A stretch of DNA of 35,466 nt from an uncultured Iamiaceae bacterium (GTDB taxonomy: Bacteria > Actinomycetota > Acidimicrobiia > Acidimicrobiales > Iamiaceae): contig CAZVFF010000001.1 in the NCBI GenBank assembly GCA_964626395.1, forward strand, positions 1-35,466, written 5' to 3'. Numbering within the stretch: the stretch's first letter is position 1; each line of letters starts with the position of its first letter. The position numbers and the translations under genes were made by a program. The notes below the pieces were generated by a model. The model was not told the origin of the DNA. It made no database searches and saw nothing but the letters and a program-made list of their open reading frames with translations. Below are positions 9,244 to 18,679 of this stretch, in pieces.

Positions 9244-10518
9244 ATGCTTCGCAACCGACCGATCGGAGTCGTCGTGGCAGTACGCAGATCCAGCCTCGCG
9301 GTGGTGTTGGCGGCGACCGCCCTGGTGGTCGCCGCGTGCGGCGGTTCGTCGTCGTCGGCCGGGGACACGACCGCGCCGGCGTCGACGTCGCCGACCACGG
9401 CGGCCGCGGCGGACTGTGAATCGTCGGTTCCCTACACCTCGGGTGACGACGGTTACGACACGTTCCGCATCCCCGCGGTCGTCCGGACCGATGCCGGCAC
9501 CCTGGTGGCCTTCGCCGAGGGTCGCCGCGACAGCGCCTCCGACGCGGGTGACATCGAGACGTTGGCTCGCCGTTCCACCGACGGGGGCTGCACCTGGGGG
9601 GAACTGCAGGTGGTGACCTCCGAGGCCGGGTGGAACCGCAACAACCCCGCACCGGTGTACGACCCGGGGTCCGGGTCGATCGTGTTGTTGACCCTGGGGC
9701 GTTCCGACGCGGTCGACGAGGACGCGATCCGCACCGGCGCGGTGCCGCCCGAGCAGAGCATGCGGGTGTTCTCCCAGACCAGCACCGACGACGGCGCCAC
9801 GTTCACCGACCCGGTCGACATCACCGACCAGATCAAGCGCGACGACTGGCGTTGGTACGCGGTCGGTCCCGGGCACGGCATCGTGCTGGCCGACGGGGAA
9901 CACGCCGGGCGGATCGTGATGGGCGCGAACCATTCGGTCGCCCCGCCGGAGGGTTCCGAGCAGACCGGCGGTGAGAACGAACTGCTGGCGGCGCACCTGA
10001 TCTACAGCGACGACAGCGGCAAGACGTGGCACATCGGGTTCGTCCAGGACAACACCGACGGGGTGGTCAACGGCAACGAGACCACGGTGGCCGAACTGCC
10101 CGACGGCACCGTGTACGTGAACACCCGCAACCAGTACGGTTCGGCGCCGAGCAACCGGGCCGACGGGTTCTCCGACGACGCGGGCGTGTCCCTGGTCGCA
10201 CCGTTGGCGGCCCAGGAGACCCTGGACGTGATCCCGGTCGTGGAGGCATCGGTGCTGCAACCGTCGGCCGAGGCCGCGCCGTTGTTGTTGTCGGCACCGT
10301 CGGATCCCGACGCCCGTCGGGCGATGGCGATCTTCTCCAGCACCGACGGTGGCGTGACCTGGGACGTGGCGACGACGATCTCCGAAGACCCGGCGGCCTA
10401 TTCGGATCTGGTGCAGCTCGACGACCACACCGTCGGGTTGTTGTACGAGACCGGCACCGATTCGGAGAACGAGACGATCACGTTCCTGCGGATCCCGTTG
10501 GCCGACCTGCTGGGCTGA
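9244..10518 (+). CDS. exo-alpha-sialidase (GH33, BNR/Asp-box), lipoprotein
   Basis: ATG 9244. Signal LAVVLAATALVVAAC followed by GGSSSS. FRIP motif (YDTFRIPAVV). Four Asp-boxes: STDGGCTW, STDDGATF, SDDSGKTW, STDGGVTW. Confidence 0.88.
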   Translation: MLRNRPIGVVVAVRRSSLAVVLAATALVVAACGGSSSSAGDTTAPASTSPTTAAAADCESSVPYTSGDDGYDTFRIPAVVRTDAGTLVAFAEGRRDSASDAGDIETLARRSTDGGCTWGELQVVTSEAGWNRNNPAPVYDPGSGSIVLLTLGRSDAVDEDAIRTGAVPPEQSMRVFSQTSTDDGATFTDPVDITDQIKRDDWRWYAVGPGHGIVLADGEHAGRIVMGANHSVAPPEGSEQTGGENELLAAHLIYSDDSGKTWHIGFVQDNTDGVVNGNETTVAELPDGTVYVNTRNQYGSAPSNRADGFSDDAGVSLVAPLAAQETLDVIPVVEASVLQPSAEAAPLLLSAPSDPDARRAMAIFSSTDGGVTWDVATTISEDPAAYSDLVQLDDHTVGLLYETGTDSENETITFLRIPLADLLG

Positions 10519-10608
10519 GCGGAGCCCGCGTCACGGCCGATCGGGCCGGCGTCGGTCGTCGGCGTCCGCAGGCCCACCCCGGCACCCCGGAGCACGGGTG
10601 CGGCCGGT

Positions 10609-11346
10609 TCAGCGGCGCAGCCGGTCCCAGGCACCCGCGCCGTGGATCGGGCGTCCGTGGCCGGGCAGCAGGTGTTCCACGGGCAGGTCCAACAGGCGAC
10701 CCATCGACGCGGTCGCGTCGGCCAGGTCGACGTGTTCGGGGGTGAACCGGGCCCGCCCCCGGGCGGTGAGCACGGCGTCGCCGCTGAGCAGCGTGGCCGT
10801 GTCGGCGTGCCAGAGCGCGACGCTGTCGTCGGTGTGTCCGGGCACGGCGAGCACCCGCCACTGCGCCGCGCCGGGCAGGGCGTCGCCGTCGGCGAGGCCG
10901 CCCACGGGCGCGGGACCGTCCCAGGTCATCGATCCGGTCAACGCGTACCCGGCGACCTTCGGGCTGGCCAGGAACCCGCGCAGCCCGGTCAGGTCGAAGG
11001 GCTGGTCGAACAGCGTGGGTAGCAGACGCCACGCCTGGGTGGTCCTGCCCTGGCGGGGGGTTTCGCCGTCCAGGTAGGGCAGGGACCGTGCGGGCAGGTG
11101 GGCGCGCACGCCCCAGCGGCGGGCAAGGCCCGGTACGCCGGCCACGTGATCGCAGTGGCCGTGGGTGGCCACGACCGCGGTCGGGGTGCGGTCCCCGAGC
11201 CGCCGGGCCAGGTCGGCGGCCACCTCGGGCAGGCCGGCGTCGACGACGACCGGTCCGTCGTCGCCGTCGAGCACGTAGCAGTTGAAGATCCACCGTGACA
11301 GGCGGGTGACGCCGATCCGGGGCAGGTGTTCGACGACGACGCTCAT
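10609..11346 (-). CDS. MBL-fold metallo-hydrolase
   Basis: HxHxDH motif (VATHGHCDHVAG) with further metal ligands (VPGHTDDS, LPGHG). Whole-length GC3-rich ORF. Confidence 0.88.
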   Translation of the reverse strand: MSVVVEHLPRIGVTRLSRWIFNCYVLDGDDGPVVVDAGLPEVAADLARRLGDRTPTAVVATHGHCDHVAGVPGLARRWGVRAHLPARSLPYLDGETPRQGRTTQAWRLLPTLFDQPFDLTGLRGFLASPKVAGYALTGSMTWDGPAPVGGLADGDALPGAAQWRVLAVPGHTDDSVALWHADTATLLSGDAVLTARGRARFTPEHVDLADATASMGRLLDLPVEHLLPGHGRPIHGAGAWDRLRR

Positions 11347-11426
11347 CGGGCCGCAGCGTACCGGTGCCGGGCCCGTCCCGCAGTCCGTCCGACCGGCCCG
11401 GGTGGCGATGCGATGATGGTGGGTGC

Positions 11427-13304
11427 ATGCCCACCCGTCCGCCGCCGTCGACCGGCCCGCCGCTGGATCCGGGTGACGTGTACCTGTACGCCCACGGTTC
11501 GGGGGCGATCAGCCTGGCCCGGGGTGACGGTTCCCGGGAGCCGATGGTGACCCTGGCCGACGCCCGGTGGGCCGCCGAGGTGACGAACCTGGCCGGCGAC
11601 ACGATGTGGGTGGCCGGTGACGACGCCCCGTTGGCGGTCGACACGTTGTCGTCGACGGGTGGCCCGGGCATCCACCTGGAACCGTTCGCGGCGCGGGCGG
11701 CACCGTGGGTGTGGGTGGACGGTGCGACACCGGTGATGCAGGCGATCGTCGACGGGCGCGCCGACCTGTTGGAAGATCTCGTGGCCCGTGGCGCGGACGT
11801 GCGCGCCGCCGATGACGCCGGGTTCACCGCGTTGCACCACGCCGCGGTCGCCGCCGACCACACCGCCATCGGGATCCTGCTCGCGGCCGGTGCGAACCCG
11901 GGCGTCCGCAGCCGGTCGGGGCTGACCGCTGCCGGGTTGGCCGAACGGTGGGGTGACCCGGCGACGGCCCGACTTCTGGACCCGACCCGTCCCGGGCCGG
12001 TCGACGACCGGAGCATCGGCGGGGAGCAACGCTTCCACCAGAACCTCTGGTTGGGTGTGGCCGCGGCGACGACGGTCGGCATCGTGGTCGCGTTCGGCAG
12101 TCCGATCGTCGCGTTGTGCGTGTGGGCGGGGATCCTGGGGCTGTTCTTCGTCTTCGGGCCGGCGACGGTCACGATCCTGCGGGCATGTCCACCGCATCGA
12201 CTGGAGGGAACCGACCTGTGGGTGCGGTATCCGTTGGGCGCGGAGAAACGGATCGACCTGACCGGGGTGACCGCCGCGGATTTCGTCGCGCACCACACGC
12301 CCGGTGCGGTGGAATCCTCGGCGCAGGTGCTGCGGCATCTGCTGCTCGCCCATCCCGACGGGCGGGTGCTGGGCCGCTGGACCCGCCGGGTGATGCGGCT
12401 CGACGACGACCACTACGCGCTTCTGGCCGGCGATTCGGGTCGGGTGGTGATCGTGCCGACCCCCGCGAAGAACGCCGACGCCCCGGGGCTCGCCGTCGGT
12501 GGGTTGTTGGAGTCACGTGGCACGCGGATCCTGCCCGGTCTGCGTGGCCTGCTCCGCCGGGCCCGCTGGTCGACCGGGTTTCCCGGTCGGCGCCCGCCGC
12601 GTGCCGTCGACGTCGCCGACCTGGAGGTCGACACGACGGACGACCCGGGCGGCGATCCGGCGTCCGAACCGGACCTGATCGGCGACATCGACTTCCCGTC
12701 GACCGGGATCCGTTACGCCTGGTTCGCGCTTCTGCTGGTCGTGTTCGGGACCGTCTTCGGTGTCGGGATCGGCTGGCTGGTCGCCCGCGACCAGGGGCTG
12801 GTCGACGGGCTGTTCGCGTCCCTGGGCGGGCTCATCTTCGCGGTGGGTGGGATCCTGATGTTGCCTGCCGCGTTCCGGGGTTCGCCCCGTCGGTTGCAGG
12901 GCGACGAGCTGGAGTTCGCGCGACCGTTGGTCGCCGACCGGGTGGTGGATCTGACCCGCGCCACCGCCATCGCCGCGACCACACCCCGTTGGGTGCCGGG
13001 CACCCGGTACAGCCCGGCTGCCTACGTGTGGTCCGTCGTGATCGCCCACCCCGAGGGGCGGCGGATCGACCGGAAGCACCTCGAGGCCCTGGAGTTGCCC
13101 GCCGACGCGTTCGGCGCCGGGGATCCGGCCGACATCCGGGTGCTGGCGCTCGACCTGTCGGACCCTCCGGGGGTGCCGATCACCCGCTCCGTGGGCGAAC
13201 GGGTCGCGCTCGCCGGTGGCCACGTGGACCGGTCGGTCGTCGATGCGATCACCGCGGCGTCGGTCACCCTGGGGATCATGGGCGACGAACCACCCGACGG
13301 GTGA
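11427..13304 (+). CDS. ankyrin-repeat membrane protein with duplicated (2-TM hairpin + soluble module) C-terminal half
   Basis: ATG 11427; GTG 11364 is also possible but lies only 18 nt from the divergent MBL start. ANK consensus: DAGFTALHHAAVAADHTAIGILLAAGANPGVRSRSGLTAAGLA. Two TM hairpins: LWLGVAAATTVGIVVAFGSPIVALCVWAGILGLFFVFGP and YAWFALLLVVFGTVFGVGIGWLV...LFASLGGLIFAVGGILMLP. Confidence 0.7.
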   Translation: MPTRPPPSTGPPLDPGDVYLYAHGSGAISLARGDGSREPMVTLADARWAAEVTNLAGDTMWVAGDDAPLAVDTLSSTGGPGIHLEPFAARAAPWVWVDGATPVMQAIVDGRADLLEDLVARGADVRAADDAGFTALHHAAVAADHTAIGILLAAGANPGVRSRSGLTAAGLAERWGDPATARLLDPTRPGPVDDRSIGGEQRFHQNLWLGVAAATTVGIVVAFGSPIVALCVWAGILGLFFVFGPATVTILRACPPHRLEGTDLWVRYPLGAEKRIDLTGVTAADFVAHHTPGAVESSAQVLRHLLLAHPDGRVLGRWTRRVMRLDDDHYALLAGDSGRVVIVPTPAKNADAPGLAVGGLLESRGTRILPGLRGLLRRARWSTGFPGRRPPRAVDVADLEVDTTDDPGGDPASEPDLIGDIDFPSTGIRYAWFALLLVVFGTVFGVGIGWLVARDQGLVDGLFASLGGLIFAVGGILMLPAAFRGSPRRLQGDELEFARPLVADRVVDLTRATAIAATTPRWVPGTRYSPAAYVWSVVIAHPEGRRIDRKHLEALELPADAFGAGDPADIRVLALDLSDPPGVPITRSVGERVALAGGHVDRSVVDAITAASVTLGIMGDEPPDG

Positions 13305-13325
13305 CGCCCGCGCCGCCGGGCGGAT

Positions 13326-14891
13326 TCAGGTGGCGTTCGCCGTACCGGCCGGCGGGCTGGTTTCGACGAGGTCGACCGCGTTCCGCAGCGTCTGCTCCAC
13401 GGGCCGGTCGGTGGTCAACCCGGTCGCTTCGGGCCACGGGTCGGCGGCCTTCGCCATGGCGGCCGCCACGTGTTCGTCGGCGTCGGAGGCGTCGGTGCCC
13501 CGGGCGGCCCGGGCACGGATCCGTTGAGTGGTGACCTCGGCCGGGGCGACACAGCACATCTCGATCAGGTCGGCCACGGTGTCGTCGGCGAGACGGCGTG
13601 CCCGGTCACGCTGCGCGGCGTCGGACCACGACGCGTCGAGGATCACCGTCGCACCGTGGGTCAGTTCGTGGCGGGCCCGTGTCAACAGTTCGTCGTAGGT
13701 GGCGGCGGTCGCTTCGGCGGTGTACAGGCCTTCGCCGAACGCGGCGCTGCCGTGTTGGTCCGGGGCGAGTCCGGCGAGTTGTTTCCGGATCACGTCGGTT
13801 CGCAGCACCACGGCGCCGGTTCGTTCGGCGAGGCCGGCGGCGACGGTGGTCTTGCCGGTGCCGGGCAGGCCGCCGACGAGCACCAGCCGGACCCGTGCGG
13901 CGTCCAGGTGCCGGTGCGCGATATCCAGCAGCCGGCGGGCTTTCTGCCCGGCGTCGGGGTCGCCCTGGTCGGCGCGGATGGCGAGCACCTTGGCGCGCAC
14001 CTGGGCCCGGTAGGCGATGTGGTGGTGCGCCAGCGAGGCGGGCCAGGTGTCGTCGGCGTGGCGGCGGTACGCGTCGAGGAACCTGCCCGCGAGGTCGGGT
14101 CGGCCGAGACGTTCCAGGTCCATGGCCAGGAACGCGGCGTCGGCGAGGCCGTCTTCGTGGCGCAACGCGTCGTCGAACTCCAGGCAGTCCAGGATGCGTG
14201 GCCCGTCGTCGAGCAGGAAGATGTCGTCGGCGAGCAGGTCGCCGTGGCCGTCGACGGCCCGTCCCGCGGCGATCCGTGCGGCGATCAGCGGGGCCCGTCC
14301 GGCCAGGTAGCGGGCGGCGAGCCGGTCGATGGCGGCGACGACGTCGGCGTCGACGATCCCGCCGGTGAACGGTTGCAGTTCGGCGGTGTTGTCGGCCCAA
14401 CGTCGGCCGAGTGCATCGGGTCCGGCGGCGCGGTCCACGTCGGGGCCACGCTCCGCGGTGGCGTGGAACTCGGCGAGGATGCGGCCGAGGTCGTCCACGG
14501 CATCGCCGACGTCCGCGCCGCCCTCGACGAGGGTGGCCAGGCGCCGGTCTGGTGGCATGCGGCGCATGACCACGAAATGTTCGACCGGTTCCCCGTCGGG
14601 GTCGACCAGGTCGTCCACGCCCAGGTACACGTCCGGGGCGAGGCGTCGGTTCAGTTCGACCTCCCGATGGCAGGCGTCCCGGCGAGCGGCCCGGTCCCGG
14701 AAGTCGAGGAACCCCAGGTCGACGGGTTTCTTGGCCTTGTAGGCACGGTCGGCGAAGAAGAACACCACCCCGGAGTGGGTTTCGATGACGTCCGGGTCGA
14801 ACCGTGCCGGTTCCATGTCGGGCCGGTCGCCGCCGGCCGGCCGCGGTTCATCGACCGGTTCGTCCTTCCCGGGCCCGGGTGGGGAGGTCAT
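13326..14891 (-). CDS. bifunctional aminoglycoside-phosphotransferase-like kinase / P-loop (AAA_33, zeta-toxin-like) ATP-binding protein
   Basis: The N-terminal two-thirds has an APH/choline-kinase-like catalytic region (VDGHGDLLADDIFLLDDGPRILDCLEFDD). The C-terminal third has Walker A GGLPGTGKTT. The start is uncertain: ATG 14891 or ATG 14816. Confidence 0.8.
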   Translation of the reverse strand: MTSPPGPGKDEPVDEPRPAGGDRPDMEPARFDPDVIETHSGVVFFFADRAYKAKKPVDLGFLDFRDRAARRDACHREVELNRRLAPDVYLGVDDLVDPDGEPVEHFVVMRRMPPDRRLATLVEGGADVGDAVDDLGRILAEFHATAERGPDVDRAAGPDALGRRWADNTAELQPFTGGIVDADVVAAIDRLAARYLAGRAPLIAARIAAGRAVDGHGDLLADDIFLLDDGPRILDCLEFDDALRHEDGLADAAFLAMDLERLGRPDLAGRFLDAYRRHADDTWPASLAHHHIAYRAQVRAKVLAIRADQGDPDAGQKARRLLDIAHRHLDAARVRLVLVGGLPGTGKTTVAAGLAERTGAVVLRTDVIRKQLAGLAPDQHGSAAFGEGLYTAEATAATYDELLTRARHELTHGATVILDASWSDAAQRDRARRLADDTVADLIEMCCVAPAEVTTQRIRARAARGTDASDADEHVAAAMAKAADPWPEATGLTTDRPVEQTLRNAVDLVETSPPAGTANAT

Positions 14892-15060
14892 GGTGGGCTC
14901 ATTTTCGCATCTTCGGGGCGCGCAATCGAGCGAACGATGCCGATCGGGCCCGACGGTTCACGTGGAGGCGTCGAGCCGGCCGGCAACTGGTGGACCGCCG
15001 GCTCCACGAGGACTAGGGTCGAACAGGCATTCGATTCGACCGCCAATTCGGAGAGCCGCC

Positions 15061-15651
15061 ATGACCTGGACTGCTGCAGACACCTACCGGGAGGGCCTGG
15101 ATTTCTTCACTGCCGTGGTCGACGGCGTGCCGGCCGACGCGTGGCAACACACTGCGCCGTGTGAGGGGTGGCGGGCACTCGACGTGCTCGGTCACGTCGG
15201 TGAGGCGACCGGCATGGGCGCCCGGATCCTGCGTGGCGACGACATGCACTTCGAACGCGTCGATCCGCCTTCGGCCGCGGTGGACGGCGACCCGGGCCGC
15301 TGGTGGCACGGGCTCGCGGACGACGCCCGTGACGCGTTGGCGAATGTCGACGATCTGGACCGTGAGGTCGACTCGCCGATGGGTCGTCGCAGCGTGCGTG
15401 AGGGCCTGTCGTTCCCGGCGGTGGACCTGTTCATCCACGGTTGGGATCTCGCCATCGCCACCGGTCGGCCCGTGACGATCCCCGACGAGGCGGTCGCGTT
15501 CACCCGCGCCATGTTCGAGCACATCCCCGACGAGGTCGCCCGTCGACCCGGGGTGTTCGCCGACCGCATCGAGCCACCCGCGGGCGCGTCCGCGACCGAC
15601 CGGCTCATCGCGTTCACCGGCCGGGATCCGAAGTGGGCGCCGCCCGGCTGA
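15061..15651 (+). CDS. DinB/MDMPI-like, TIGR03086-type protein
   Basis: ATG 15061 has GGAGAG upstream. N-terminal WRALDVLGHV (DinB-like His) and C-terminal DLFIHGWDLAIATG...DRLIAFTGRDP. Confidence 0.78.
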   Translation: MTWTAADTYREGLDFFTAVVDGVPADAWQHTAPCEGWRALDVLGHVGEATGMGARILRGDDMHFERVDPPSAAVDGDPGRWWHGLADDARDALANVDDLDREVDSPMGRRSVREGLSFPAVDLFIHGWDLAIATGRPVTIPDEAVAFTRAMFEHIPDEVARRPGVFADRIEPPAGASATDRLIAFTGRDPKWAPPG

Positions 15652-15755
15652 AACCGCGTGTCAGGTGCTCAGCGACACGCGCAGACAGATCGTGACGGGA
15701 AGCGGCCGATCGCACCGGCGGACGGCGCGTGTCCGCAATAGGTATCGTTGGAGGC

Positions 15756-15980
15756 ATGTCGCTGCTCGATCGAATCACCGTCGATACCGACGTTGTTCAC
15801 GGTCGCCCGGTGATCCGCGGTACTCGTATGAGGGTTGCCGACGTCTTGTCGTTGCTGGCAGCGGGCGCCGACGAGGCTGAGATCCTCGCCGACTACCCGT
15901 ACCTGACGAGAGACGACATCCGGGCGAGCCTCGCGTTTGCCGCGGCACAGGCCGATCGTGCCGTCGTCATCGCTTCGTGA
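15756..15980 (+). CDS. DUF433-family putative antitoxin
   Basis: MSLLDRITVDTDVVHGRPVIRGTRMRVADVLSLLAAGADEAEILADYPYLTRDDIRASLAFA matches the DUF433 pattern (GxPxIxGTR...DYP-L). GTG 15729 is an alternative start. The stop overlaps the next gene's start (GTGA). Confidence 0.8.
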   Translation: MSLLDRITVDTDVVHGRPVIRGTRMRVADVLSLLAAGADEAEILADYPYLTRDDIRASLAFAAAQADRAVVIAS

Positions 15981-16315
15981 CCGCGACCCGTTTTCTGGTC
16001 GACGCCCAGCTCCCGCCGGTACTCGCCGACATGCTGCGGGCCCGGGGGTACCCAGCAGAACACATCACGGATATCGGTCCAGCCGATGCCACCGATCAAC
16101 AGTTGTGGCAACACGCACTCGAAAACAACGCGGCGATCATCACCAAAGATGAGGATTTCGCGAACATGGTCACCTTGGGCTTGCCCGGACCGACAGTTGT
16201 GTGGGTTCGCGTCGGCAACACACGTCGGGCGGCCCTCATCGACTGGTTCGAACCGCGCATCGACGACCTCGCGACGTTGGTGGGGACCGGTAGGCGCCTC
16301 ATCGAACTCCGTTGA
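15977..16315 (+). CDS. DUF5615-family PIN-like putative toxin
   Basis: RFLVDAQLPPVLADMLRARGY...ATDQQLWQHALENNAAIITKDEDF is typical of the DUF5615 partner of DUF433. Start and stop overlap by 4 nt with the upstream gene. Confidence 0.8.
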   Translation: MTATRFLVDAQLPPVLADMLRARGYPAEHITDIGPADATDQQLWQHALENNAAIITKDEDFANMVTLGLPGPTVVWVRVGNTRRAALIDWFEPRIDDLATLVGTGRRLIELR

Positions 16316-16336
16316 CCTCGCGCGGGACCGGAAGCG

Positions 16337-16738
16337 TCAGCCCTTCTCGCTCGCGTGCTGTTCGCCCAGCAACGTGTCGACGGAGAACAGGTCCCGCATG
16401 GCGACCATGCCGACCAGTTCGCCGGTGAGTTCGACCACCGGCAGGTGCCGGACCCGCCCGTCCACCATGCGGCGCGCCGCGACCGTCACCTCCGCGGCGG
16501 GTTCGACGCTGAGCACCTCGGTGGTGGCGTGGTCGGCGGCCACGGCACGATCCGGGTCGGACCCTTCGGCGATCGCCACGGTGATGTCCCGTTCGCTGAC
16601 CACCCCCAGCAGGCGGCCGTCGGCGACGACCAGCACGATGCCGGTGTCGTCATCGCGGATCGCACGGGCGACGTCGCGCAGTGACGCATCGGGCGGGCAG
16701 ATGGTCAGCCCGGTGCGGTAGACGTCCTCGATCAGCAC
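16337..16738 (-). CDS. CBS domain pair protein
   Basis: Two CBS motifs: DTGIVLVVADGRLLGVVSERDI and VRHLPVVELTGELVGMVAMRDL. Confidence 0.85.
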   Translation of the reverse strand: MLIEDVYRTGLTICPPDASLRDVARAIRDDDTGIVLVVADGRLLGVVSERDITVAIAEGSDPDRAVAADHATTEVLSVEPAAEVTVAARRMVDGRVRHLPVVELTGELVGMVAMRDLFSVDTLLGEQHASEKG

Positions 16739-17011
16739 GGGACACTCCCTTCTCGAAACGTGTCGGCGGTGATCGGGAACTTCACCGGGTCACCGTGCCC
16801 CAATCATGGCGCGATTGGTGCGTTCCTGCTCACGTACCCGGGCCGGGCGTGGGAGGCGGCGCGGGTCGTCGTCTCCGATGCGCCCGGCAGGCTCGGGTCC
16901 CGCGTCGGACCAACCCGGGGACCGGGGTCGCGTCCGGGGACATCTCGAATCCGTGCCGCGGCGGTCCGCGGTTAGGTTCGGGCTGGTCCGACCACTCGTC
17001 GAGAGGGAACA

Positions 17012-18679
17012 GTGGCACAGATCCATCCGGCCGACAGGGAACCCGAACACGATTCGGAACGTCGGGTGCTCGACGCGTTGCGGCGTCTCGGCGACGACTG
17101 GCACGTGTTCCACAACATCAAGTGGCAGGCGTTGCGGCGGGACCGACAGGGTGACGGCGAAACGGACTTCGCGTTGTTCCATCCCCGGGCCGGGATTCTG
17201 GTGATCGAAGCCAAGGGCGGCGAGGTGGCGTTGCGTGACGGCGAGTTCGTGCGGCTGTTGTCGGGCGGACGGGAGAAGGCGATAACGAACCCGTTCGACC
17301 AGGCCGCGGCGTGCAAACGCCAACTCCGGCACTTCCTGGCCGGGTCGGTGCCGGGGTTGGACCGCACCCCACGGGTGGGCCACGCCGTGGCGTTCCCCCA
17401 TGGTCGGGTCACCGACGACCTGGGTCCGCAGGGGCCACGGCAGATCATCATCGACGCGGACGATCTGGACGACATCGTCGGCGCGTTGGAACGCATCTCG
17501 GCGCACTGGGATCCGCCGACCCGGTTGGACGACGACCAGTTGGCAGCGATCCGGGATCTGTTGTTGCCGTCGGTGCGGGTGCGGCGCCTGTTGGCCGACG
17601 CCGTGGCCGACGCGCACGAGTCGATCATCGAGTTGACGGCCGAACAGTTCGACGTGCTCGACGGGTTGTCGGCCAACCGGCAGGCGCTGGTCACCGGCGG
17701 GGCGGGCACGGGCAAAACGGTGTTGGCGGCGGAGAAGGTGCGGCGCCTGGCGGGTCTGGGGGCCGACGCCCGGGTGTTGTTCGTGTGTTTCAACCGGCCG
17801 TTGGGTGACGCGTTGGCGGCCGAGTTCGCCGACGTGGCGAACGTGACCGCCGGCAACTTCCACCGGATCGTGCGCAACATGCTCGCCGACGCCGGGGTGG
17901 CCTTCCCGGAGACGCTGACCCCCGAGTGGTGGGCGCACGACGCGGTGGAACAGTTCCCCGACGCCGCCGCGCAGCAGGGTTTCGAGGTGGATGCGGTGGT
18001 GATCGACGAGGGTCAGGATTTCCGGTCGAACTGGTGGGACGCGTTGCGGCTGGTGATGCGGGACCCCGACGACGGGTGGTTCTACGTGTTCGCCGACGCC
18101 CAGCAGGCGGTGTACGTGGAGGACTGGTCGCCGCCGTTCGACGGTCGGGTCGCCCGGTGGACGTTGACGCGGAACTGTCGGAACACCGATCAGATCGCGG
18201 CGAAGGTGGCGTCGTTGTTCGGTGGTCCGGTGCGCACCCTGGGGGTGGCCGGGCCGGACCCGAAGTTCCACGTGGCGAAGAACCGTGACGTGTTGGCCGA
18301 CCGGTTGGCCGAACGGGTGGCGGCGTTGCTGGCCGACGGGGTGCCGGCGGCCGACATCCAGGTGTTGTCGTCGTCCCGCACCCTGGTCGACGAGTTGGTG
18401 GCGCGGCTGGCCGGTGACCGGCCCGTCGATGGGGACGCCACGGCAGACGGCGGTGACGACGAGAGCGGGGTTGGTGCCGGCAGCGGCGTCGCGGTGGAGA
18501 CGATCCAACGGTTCAAGGGCCTGGAGGCGCCGGTGGTGCTGGTCGTGTTGGCCGACGACCTCGGCGACGAGGATCTGCCGATCGCCTACACCGGGTTCAG
18601 TCGGGCCCGGGCGATGCTCGAGGTGTTCGGCACGCGGGCGACGTTGCGCACGGTGCGTTGGGACGTGGCGGGTTCGTGA
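17012..18679 (+). CDS. NERD-domain nuclease fused to superfamily-1 (UvrD/PcrA-like) helicase
   Basis: GTG 17012 has GAGAGGGAA upstream. NERD-like N-terminus: ERRVLDALRRLGDDWHVFHNIKW...GETDFALFHPRAGILVIEAKGG. Helicase motifs: I GGAGTGKTV, II VVIDEGQDF, III FADAQQ, IV TRNCRNT, V ETIQRFKGLEAPVV, VI YTGFSRAR. Confidence 0.85.
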   Translation: MAQIHPADREPEHDSERRVLDALRRLGDDWHVFHNIKWQALRRDRQGDGETDFALFHPRAGILVIEAKGGEVALRDGEFVRLLSGGREKAITNPFDQAAACKRQLRHFLAGSVPGLDRTPRVGHAVAFPHGRVTDDLGPQGPRQIIIDADDLDDIVGALERISAHWDPPTRLDDDQLAAIRDLLLPSVRVRRLLADAVADAHESIIELTAEQFDVLDGLSANRQALVTGGAGTGKTVLAAEKVRRLAGLGADARVLFVCFNRPLGDALAAEFADVANVTAGNFHRIVRNMLADAGVAFPETLTPEWWAHDAVEQFPDAAAQQGFEVDAVVIDEGQDFRSNWWDALRLVMRDPDDGWFYVFADAQQAVYVEDWSPPFDGRVARWTLTRNCRNTDQIAAKVASLFGGPVRTLGVAGPDPKFHVAKNRDVLADRLAERVAALLADGVPAADIQVLSSSRTLVDELVARLAGDRPVDGDATADGGDDESGVGAGSGVAVETIQRFKGLEAPVVLVVLADDLGDEDLPIAYTGFSRARAMLEVFGTRATLRTVRWDVAGS

